A stretch of 64,000 bases of DNA from assembly GCF_006345805.1 (NCBI RefSeq), contig NC_043007.1, positions 3,472,001 through 3,536,000 on the forward strand. The letters are read 5' to 3'. Positions 53,773 through 64,000 of the stretch are shown piece after piece. Each line of letters opens with the position of its first letter. The first letter of the stretch is position 1. Source of the stretch: Octopus sinensis. Lineage: Eukaryota. The notes under the pieces were generated by a model that did not search any database, was not told the DNA's origin, and worked only from the letters and a program-made list of their open reading frames with translations. The translations under genes and the position numbers were made by a program.

Positions 53773-54574
53773 ATATATTATATATATTATATCATAGATA
53801 CATATGTGTGTGTTTTATGTGTGCGCATGTTACATATACATATATACGTTTACATATATATGTATACGCATATATAAATTTATATATATATATAGATAGA
53901 TAGATAGATAGATAGGCAGATTGATAGATAGATAGATAGATATACGTATGTATATAGGCATATATAATATATATGTGTAAACGTATATATGTATATGTAT
54001 ACATAGGTACACATATAAACACAATACTTTGTTAGTATATACTTACACAGATACATTCACAAATAAAAACATGTGCGTTTATACATACATACATACATAC
54101 ATACATGCATACATACATTCATACATTTATACATACATACATACATACATACATGCATGCATGCATACATACATACATACATACATACATACATGCATAC
54201 ATACTACATACATACATACATACGTACGTACATACATACCTACATACATACATACATACATTCATATTTATACATACATACATACAACATGCATGCATCA
54301 TACATCATGCATGCATACATACATAATACATACATACATACATACATACATACATACATACATACATACATACATACATACATACATACATGCAAGCATG
54401 CACGTATACATACACATTTTTTTAATTGTCTATTTAAATATTTCTTATTACTAGTTTCATTGCATTTTATTTCCACTTGTTATTGTCATACCACTCGAAG
54501 TAGCAGCAGCAGTAGCATCATTCATCATCAGCAGCAGCAGCAGCAGCATCAGTAGCAGTAGTAGTAGTAGTAGC

Positions 54575-54606
<32 letters not shown>

Positions 54607-54984
54607 CAGTAGTAGTAGTAGTCTTCGGAAAGAGACAGATTCATCGACGAGAATTCAAACCTCAGTGATTTACCCACAAAAGATTTTTTTCTTCTTTTTG
54701 GATACCCTTAAGAGAATATCTCTGTTATAGAGCAAAGGCGGCGAACTGGCAGAATCGCTAAGCACGCAGGGTAAAATTCTTCGTCTCTGCGTTCTGAGTT
54801 CGAATTCCTCCGTAATCAACTTCGCCTTTCGTCCTTTTCAGGGTGCGTGAGGTCGAGGTAATCAACTAGTTCCTTCCGCTAAAAGTTTCAGTCCTTCTGC
54901 CTGATGCAGTAAGGATTATAATACAGGACGTTTTGTGCTTAAAATGAAAATGTATGTATAATATTTTAACCAGTCGGTTACTCT

Positions 54985-55391
54985 CTCTTTTACTATTTTA
55001 CTTGTTTCAGTGATGTGACTGTGGCCATGCTGGAGCACCGCCTTTAGTCGAGCAAATCGACCCCAGGACTTATTCTTTGTAAGCCTAGTACTTATTCCAT
55101 CGGTCTTTTTGCCGAACCGCTAAGTTACGGGGACGTAAACACACCAGCATCGATTGTCAAGCGATGTTGGGGGGACAGACATAGCCACACAAACATATAC
55201 ACACACATACATACATATATATATACATACACACATACATATATACGGCAGGTTTCTTTCAGTTTCCGTCTACCAAATCCACTCACAAGGCTTTGCTCGG
55301 CCCGAGACTATAGTAGAAGACACTTGCCCAAGATGCCACGCAGTGGGACTGAACCCGGAACCTTGTGGTTCGTAAGCAAGCTACTTACCAC
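54985..55391 (-). mobile_element. SINE family B
   Basis: Reverse complement of family B. Confidence 0.85.
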
Positions 55392-56082
55392 CAAATATCT
55401 TTTTAAACATTGGGTAGTAATTCTGTAATTTGAAGCGAGTTTAGACAACAACTTCTAGCATGTCTAGCAACCTATAGGGGGCCCTTCGTTGCTTTGTTTT
55501 AAGTACGTAGTCTTGTTGTCATGTTGAAATATCCTTAACAAGAAAACCAAAGCGAGTTTGTGCTGGGTATAAGCATAAGAGAAGGAAGTTTCGTCTTGAG
55601 AATTCTTTAATGGTTAATTCGTAGAAGAAACATTTTCCAAATTACTTGAAGTGCCAAATTGCTATAAAGTTACCATAAACTGTGTAACCTAAATATCGTT
55701 TATCTTTAATTCGAATGAAGTATGACGTCCAAAGATATTGAAGTACTCAATACCGTTTTCTGCTGCCTCATATAAACACACACACACAGAAAGCCACAAC
55801 ACAAACGCTGATGTTCACATTACATTCATTCATACATATTCCCTTATACGTATGTGTGTGTGTGTGAGTGTGTATGTATATACGCATCTATGTGTCTATG
55901 TAGAGGAAGATGGGTATACATTCACACGCATACAGATACACACACACACACACACACTCATACATATTTATGTGTGTGTGTGTGTGTATCTGTGTATGTC
56001 TGTATATGTGTGCATGCGTATATATCTGTGAATATATATAAATATATCTACATTTGCTTATGAATGTGTGTATATGTATATG

Positions 56083-56123
<41 letters not shown>

Positions 56124-56127
56124 GTGA

Positions 56128-56436
56128 GGGCGCGTGGCTTAGTGGTTAGGGCATCGGCTCATATCGTAAGGTTGTGAGTTCGATTCCCGGCGACGCGTTG
56201 TGTCCTTGAGCAAGAACACTTTATTTCACGTTGCTCCAGTCCACTCAGCTGGCAAAATGAGTTGTACTTGTATTTCAAAGGGTCAGCTTTCACTCTCTGT
56301 GTCACGCTGATTATCCCCGAGAACTACGTTAAGGGTACACGTGTCTGTGGATGCTCAGCATTTGCCGTTAATTTCACGAGCAAGCTGTTCCGTTGATCGT
56401 ATCACTGGGACCCTCGTCGTCGTAACCGGCGGAGTC
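56128..56436 (+). mobile_element. tRNA-derived SINE family C
   Basis: A box TGGCTTAGTGG, B box GAGTTCGATTCC, TGTGTCCTTGAGCAAG; its tail also occurs reverse-complemented near 10072-10266. Confidence 0.8.
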
Positions 56437-56483
56437 TTTAAAGTCTTTAAATATATATATATATATCATCATTACTATAAACC

Positions 56484-56533
<50 letters not shown>

Positions 56534-56586
56534 ATGTATGTATGTAATTATATATATATAAATATATATATAGTATGTATGTATCT

Positions 56587-56631
<45 letters not shown>

Positions 56632-56664
56632 GTATGTATGTATTATATATATATTATATATATA

Positions 56665-56717
<53 letters not shown>

Positions 56718-56829
56718 TATTTATCCTGGAACCGTTTGACTTTATGATATCTTTTTCTTCTCTTTCGTGTCTTGGCACGATGTTTAAGAGAGCAGGGCCA
56801 TTTGAGCTAAAATAGTTCTAGCTTAGTGT

Positions 56830-57570
56830 TATGACGTAACGCAAGCATGATTCTACAAGAGGGACCGATGGCGCCGGGGCCCAAGCCTCGGCTGAATTTT
56901 AATGTTGGTTCCAACATCATTCGGGCAATGCTGCTTGCAATATTTTTCACCTCATACAAAGGAAATAGCGCTCAGTTGGAGAGAATGGAGTCCGAGCTTC
57001 TCGAACCGATCCCAGTAATCAAGACTCTCATGCATTTTCCTTCGTTGGGGGTGGGGATATTTCAGTTTTTTATACTTTGTTTCGTAGAGAGAAGACCGCA
57101 GCAATCAACAGTATTCAATATGAAGACGGGCGAAGTTGGATACGAGAAGGATAACGATGGAAGTGTCTGTAAGCTGGAATGCCCTGAGTATCCAGGAGCA
57201 CGCTCAGTGGGCCATGTCGACTTTGCTGTTTATGTGCGCACTCCAGCTTCCATTGAGAAAATGGCGAGACCCCGAGGGGTCCCTAGCGATATTTGATGTC
57301 ACGAGGTTTTCACCTGAGGGAAGAGTGTATGATAGTTAAATTGTAGCCTCTTTACCGAAATGGATTAATTTCAAATTTATTCTTATTTACCGGTATATTG
57401 TGTTTCTCTGCCCATTGGATAACAGCGAGCAGACCCGATTGGAGATTAATCCGGTTTCTTACTCTGCAGACGATCTTCAGAACCTTAGTCTTCCGCGAAA
57501 ATTTTAAATCTTCCACTGAGGAGGGAGTCGGTTTCCAGCAAAGATACAAGGCTCCATCTCTGGGATCTAG
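56830..57570 (-). mobile_element. CR1-like LINE fragment
   Basis: QWAEKHNIPVNKNKFE, homologous to 45011-45883; LQLSAISF..ENICKQHCPNDVG-like tail. Confidence 0.75.
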
Positions 57571-57774
57571 TTAACACAGACATATTCGCATTTGGAACTT
57601 GAGAAAAGTCTTGCATATTTTTACTGTTCCACTCGCAGATTGCACTTGTAATGTACAAATTAGGTGGTCGATTTCTCTTCCTGAAAATCCCAGTTTATCC
57701 AGATTCTCTTTTAAGCATCAACTAACAAAACCTAGTATTCCAATTATTATTGGTATGAATATTAATTCATATGG

Positions 57775-57805
<31 letters not shown>

Positions 57806-57859
57806 TGTATGTATGTATGTATGTATGTATAATGTATGTATGTATGTATGTATATCATT

Positions 57860-58100
57860 ATTCAGTTTTATTTTGAGATTTCTTGCCAATAGAGAAAGGG
57901 CCGGTTTCTAACCTAGATCCAAGGCTCCTTCATTGGAATTTCAATATCAACAACAGGGTATTTTTGTATGTACGTATATGTGCAGATTTGTATGTTTTGT
58001 TTTATGTATGTATTCTCATGCACATATTTCTTATCTAGACTACTCATATATTTAAATGATAAACTTCTGGAAAGTTTTACAGATTTTAACAGTTCTAGTA
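57860..58100. repeat. Interspersed repeat, second copy at about 62287-62540
   Basis: GATTTCTTGCCAA.AGAGAAAG.GCCGGTTTCTAACCTAGATCCAAGGCTCCTTCATTGGAATTTCAA shared. Confidence 0.9.
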
Positions 58101-58123
58101 ATGGCTATGTATGTATGCACTTA

Positions 58124-58169
<46 letters not shown>

Positions 58170-59000
58170 GCACATAAATATATGTGTCTGTACATTCACA
58201 TATGTATGCTTTTATTCAATTACTGGTTCGGTTTGCTGCGTCCATTGTGTAAAACTGCCTTGAATTTTTAATCGATCATATCGATACCATCACTTATCTA
58301 AATATGCTTCATATGTTATCGATATTTATCGAGGAAGTTAATAGATTTTCTAAAAAAAATCATCGATATCTCTCAACCGTTAGTATCATGCCAAGCATAT
58401 AAAAGCAATCACTGATACAGTCATGTATATATATATGCCCAAAGTGCTGTTTAGTGGAATCGAAACCAGAACCATGTGATTGCAAAGCAAACATCTTAAC
58501 CATGCAACCTCACCTTACAGGTGTATAACACGCATTCATTACTCTGTGTATTAATTACTTTTCCAATTTGCAAATTATATATGTGTGTGTGTGCGTGTAT
58601 GTATATATTTATATATGCATATGTATATATACATATGTATATATACATATGTATATATATATATATGTATGTATGTATGTATATATATATATTATGTATA
58701 TATATGTATATATATATAATGTATATATATATATATATTATATGTGTATATACATATATGCGTGGATAAGACGCACAGATTGCTAATGACATGTGTGTGT
58801 AAGTGTGTGTGTGTGTGTATGTGTGTGTGTTGTGTGTGTGTGTGTGTTGTGTGTGTGTGTGTGTGTGTGTGGTGGTGTGTGTGTGATTCTAAGTATCACA
58901 AAGCTCTTGAGTGACATGAAAGAGTGGGGAAATAATAATAGCAGTAATGAAAATAATAATAATAATAATAAAAATAATAATAAAAATAATAATAATAATA

Positions 59001-59048
<48 letters not shown>

Positions 59049-59961
59049 AACAACAGAAATTTATGGGGGAAAATATGGGTCGCAGTAACTTAGATGCTTA
59101 TAATGAACAGATAAAACAAACGCTGAAAGGAATTAGAAAAATAAAACAATTCGTCCGTCCGTGTGTGTGTGTGTGTGTTTGTGTGGGGGAGGGGGTAGAA
59201 TTCCAGTTTCAGAAGGAGAAAAAATGGATGACATGTCACTGGATCAGTGAAATGCGTTTAAAAAGAGCAAGATATGAACAAACAGCAATCAACCAATTCT
59301 TTGGTTCTAAGAACGGTTTTTCCAATTATTTTCTCCACATGGAGCATAAAACTAGTATTGGAACATTCGGGAATCGTTTAATGTTGTTTCAGCGAATAAG
59401 TGAATTCGATTCTGGTTTTTGAAATAATAGAAACAATGCCAGTATTCAGTTCTACGCCAATAATTTTTGATGTGCGCTCTATGAAGCTTTTAGAAAACAT
59501 TAACCATCCAATCTAAGTTCTTTTCTCTCGGCAAACATCGTTGGATTTCGATGTTGGCTTATTCTACAGAGACGGGTCAGCAACGCTAGAAATACCATTA
59601 TGAAGAGGATGATAGAACTGTATGTGTATGTATATGTATATATATATATGTATATATATGTATATATATGTATATGTATATATATATTTATATATACATA
59701 TATATACATATATATATGTATATATATATATATATATGTGTAATATGTATATAATATATATATACGTTTATGTGTATATGCATATATATATTGGTATATA
59801 TATGTTTTGTATGTATATATATATATGTGTGTATATATGTATATATATATACACATATTGTATGTATTTATACATACACATACATACATACATATATATA
59901 ACATATATATAGAATTATGTAATATAATATATATGTATATATATAATATAGTAATATATAT

Positions 59962-60000
<39 letters not shown>

Positions 60001-60091
60001 ATATATATATATATATATTATCTATATATATATAAATATACATATATAGATATATATATATATATATATTGTATATATATGTAATATATAT

Positions 60092-60151
<60 letters not shown>

Positions 60152-60405
60152 GCATATATATATATATATATTGAGGTTTTGGCAATATATTTGTGGTTTT
60201 TCGCGTCGATTTTGCATGAGCGCTTTAATTGATTCGTATACACGCCCAATGGCGTATTAAGTTTCCCTGTTTTTTTTCGCCGAACTTTCAGTGTCTTACG
60301 GAATAACGGTTAGGTGCTGTTTATTGAAAATATCTGTTTGATTTGCTTCCAAGCTATCTGCGCATGTGTCTGTGTGGTGGCACATGTGTGTGAGTGTACG
60401 TTTAC

Positions 60406-60445
<40 letters not shown>

Positions 60446-60584
60446 GCCATAGTGTGGAATAAATATATCAAGCAAAAGATTTGCTCTGGCTTAATTATAA
60501 TCTCATATGCATTTGCTCTTATATCCACCACAAATATGCATGCACAGGCACAGATACACAATTAGGCATGGCAGACAGACAGAC

Positions 60585-60618
<34 letters not shown>

Positions 60619-60648
60619 TCGATAGATAGATAGATAGATAGATAAGAT

Positions 60649-60683
<35 letters not shown>

Positions 60684-60725
60684 TAGATAGATAGACAGAC
60701 CGACAGACATACAGGTAGATGATAT

Positions 60726-60769
<44 letters not shown>

Positions 60770-60968
60770 GGTGTGTGTGGTATGGAATTCACTTCAGTCA
60801 AGGTTTATCCATTTCTTGTGTGTGTAGTCATGTGTTTGTGCGCATGCGTGCATGTGTTACATTGTGCTTCTATCATACATTTATGGGTACACCAAATCTT
60901 CACCACACAGATATGCACAAATATGCATATATATGTATATGTGTGTGTCTGTGTATGTTGTGCATATG

Positions 60969-61000
<32 letters not shown>

Positions 61001-62927
61001 CGTATGTGTATCCTGTTATAGCGCTGTTGTTTGGGTCTAGATATGTGGGCCCATGATCAGGAGGATTTATGATCAACGGTGTCCCAGCAATGACCCCCGT
61101 TCCCTCTTATCTAAAACTATATCTTAGACCACGTTCTTCAATGTCTCCTTTTTTCATTAAGTCCCACTGTCCAATAAATAGGACACTAAATGAGAACATT
61201 AGATAAGCTATATCACATTGTCTCTGTGTCCTATTTATAGGACACCAAGTATTTCCATTTCCTGCTTGAAGTAAAGGAGTTTTAATAATTATTTCTTTCA
61301 TTTTAACCTATTTTCAATCATTTGCAAAGATTTAAAAGTAATATTCAGAAATTTAAGTATATGGGACTGAATGGGTTAAGGTTGAAACGTGTGATTTTAG
61401 GTGTAGTTTATTATTTCCGGTGGGGGCAGTGGGGTGGCAGAATCGTTAGCACGCCAGATGAATTGTTAAGCGGCATTCCTTCCGGTTTTACGTGGTGAGT
61501 TTAAATTCCGTCAAAGTTGGCTTTGCCTTTCATTATTTCGAGGTCGATAAAATAAGTACCAATTTAGATCCGTAATCGAAATATCTCCACCTTAAAATTG
61601 CTTGTCTTATGCCAACCATTATTTTCAGCAAATGGCAGAATCATTTACAGACCTCCTTCATTGAAATTTCTTTGTTAAGCGCCACCTTAAAAGAAGACGA
61701 ATTCAAAGAGGGATTAGGAAAGAACGCTGTCAGCTGTCAACCTGCTAGAAAGGACAGCTAATTTTCTTCCAAAATAAGGAAAGCAACTTCAGCAATGAAA
61801 GCGCACATTGAAAAACATAGGTCTACATATCACTAAAAATACGAGGGACAGTCATGGCTGGAATACCTTTATTCATAAGTCTTTTTCAACCAGAGACAAC
61901 TTAAAGTTAAACAAAATAAGCAAAGCTTCTTAAGTAAAGAAAAAAGACAACATAGTCTAACATATTATTAAAACAGAAGGGGGCTGTCAAGGCTGGAATG
62001 ACTTTCCTCATAGTACTTTTCAATTAAAGATATCCCAAAGCAAACCAACAACAAGCATTCAAAAACGAAGGTGTAATCTACTTAGGGGTTGCAACAAACA
62101 TCAGCAACATTTCCTTTAAATCACAGACTAAAAAGCCAAGCAGAATGCAGTGGATAATGTTTTACTGAAAATCTTTAATTGTAGAATTATTTGACTTTGG
62201 ATTAAACAACAACACCAATAAAAAGATGGACCGGCATGTCATGGAATCTGCTTCGCAGACTAAGTACCGCAAACTCTCAGAAAAATCAGTTTAATTCAAG
62301 ATTTCTTGCCAACAGAGAAAGAGCCGGTTTCTAACCTAGATCCAAGGCTCCTTCATTGGAATTTCAACATAAAAAACAACGTATTTTTGTATGTATGTAT
62401 ACCTGCCTATTTGTATGTTTTGTTTTATGTATGTATTCTCATGAATATAGTTGGATATCTAGACATGCTCATATATACTTAAATGATAAACTTCTGGAAA
62501 GTTTTACAGACTTTTACAGTTCCACTGATGGATAGGATCTATAGTCTTCGAATCAGCTTTCTCCTTTCTGGTTTTGAGAAGCCTAATTACTCAAGATTGG
62601 TAGTTTGGCATTGCGTTACATCTGGATAGAAAAAGTGCAGATTTCTCAATAATTCAGCGTCGGTATTTTCTTTTTCACTCATCTTCAGATTTATGTCAAC
62701 ATCCGCTGTGCAGCTAATTTCCACAACTGTACACAGTTTCATGTATGTATTTATATGTATGTGGATGCATGTATATATATGTATATATGTGTGCATACAT
62801 ATACATGCATGCACGCACACACGCACACACACACGCGCACACACACGCACACACACACACGCAAACACACGTACACACACGCGCGCATATTCACACACAC
62901 ACACACACATACATATATACATATATA

Positions 62928-63370
62928 GGCGCAGAAGTGACTGTGCGGCAAGAAGCTTGCTTACCAACCACGTGGTTCCGGGTTCAGTACTTTGGGCAAG
63001 TGTTGTCTACTGTAGCCTTGTGAGTGAATTTGGTAGACGGAAACTGAAAGAAACCTGTCGTATATATGTGTGTGTGTATGTGTGTTTGTGTGTGTGTGTG
63101 TATGTGTGTTTGTGTGTGTGTGTGTCTTTGTATGTATGTGCGTATGTATGTATGTGTATGTCTTTGTGTCTGTGTTTGTCCACACCAGATTGCTTGACAA
63201 CCGATGCTGGTGTGTATTCGTCCCCGTAACTTAGCTGTTCAGCAGAAGAGACCGATAGAATTATACAAGGCTTACAAAGAATAAGGCCAGGGGTCCGTTT
63301 ATTCGACTAAAAGGCGGTGCTCCAACATGGCCCCGATCAAATGATTGAAACAAGTAAAAGAATAAAAGAA
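62928..63370 (+). mobile_element. SINE family B
   Basis: Head and tail match; CORE-like block partly deleted. Confidence 0.8.
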
Positions 63371-63399
63371 TATATATGTGTGTGTGTATGTATATATAT

Positions 63400-63600
63400 A
63401 TATAACGTTAATCCAAACATGAAAAGACAACAACGCGAGGACGTGGAAGAAGTATAGTGTTATTGGACGCTCATGAAAGGAAAGAAAGAAGGAGGATTTA
63501 ACGTTTCGAGCGGAGCTCTTTGTTAGAAACATAGGAAAAGAAAGATCCAAGGAAGGGAAGACGGAGGGAAAAAAATCGCCAACGATACACACGCGGTCAC
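63400..63600 (-). mobile_element. Solo PLE-type repeat with decayed HHR
   Basis: TTT-CTAACAA-A-GAGC-TCC-GCTC-GAAA-CGTT-AAA at 63497-63529 (two G>A changes in the CTGANGA core). Confidence 0.55.
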
Positions 63601-63602
63601 AT

Positions 63603-63902
63603 ATTGTAGCTGGCGATTGTTATATATAGTGAAGGCGCATGGCTCAGTGGTTAGAGCGTCGAGCTTACGATCGTGAGGTTGTGAGCTCGAATCCCGGACC
63701 GGGCTGCGTGTTGTGTTCTTGAGCAAGGTACTTTATTTCACGTTGCTGCAGTTCACTCAGCTGTAGAAATGAGTTGCGACGTCACTGGTGCCAAGCTGTA
63801 TCGACATTTGTCTTTCCCTTGGATAACATCAGTGGTGTGGAAAGGGGAGGCTGGTATGCATGGGCGACTGCTGGTCTTCCATAAACAACCTCGCCCGGAC
63901 TC

Positions 63903-63949
<47 letters not shown>

Positions 63950-63977
63950 TGTGTGTGTGTGATTGTAGCTGGCGATT
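63603..63977 (+). mobile_element. SINE family C variant with (TG)n tail and 16-bp target site duplication
   Basis: tRNA head at about 63630; ATTGTAGCTGGCGATT at 63603-63618 and 63962-63977. Confidence 0.8.
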
Positions 63978-64000
63978 CTCTATGAAAGGAGGGACCTCAG

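Overview
Eukaryotic, AT-rich, microsatellite-saturated DNA with no confidently identifiable host gene. The SINE families resemble those I associate with octopus/cephalopod genomes (inference). Almost all ORF-track entries are translations of (TA)n, (CATA)n, (GATA)n, (CA)n or (ATT)n repeats. The dominant feature is a young Penelope-like retroelement (PLE) at 12087-17014, inserted in (TA)n. It has an intact RT ORF and a separate GIY-YIG ORF joined by a TAATG stop/start overlap, a 106-bp direct terminal repeat, a ~1.19-kb inverted duplication, and two copies of a type I hammerhead ribozyme (HHR) with an unusually long stem II. A second notable element is a short tRNA-headed SINE-like unit that carries a minimal PLE-type HHR and a head-to-head palindromic 5' end; it is present twice inside a 2.05-kb tandem duplication. 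The rest comprises mariner and Tc1 relics, CR1-like and R4/Dong-like LINE fragments (the latter in (ATT)n tracts), three further tRNA-derived SINE families, decayed HHR remnants, several hairpin elements and two weak candidate host exons. All structure calls were made by eye; nothing was computed or searched.
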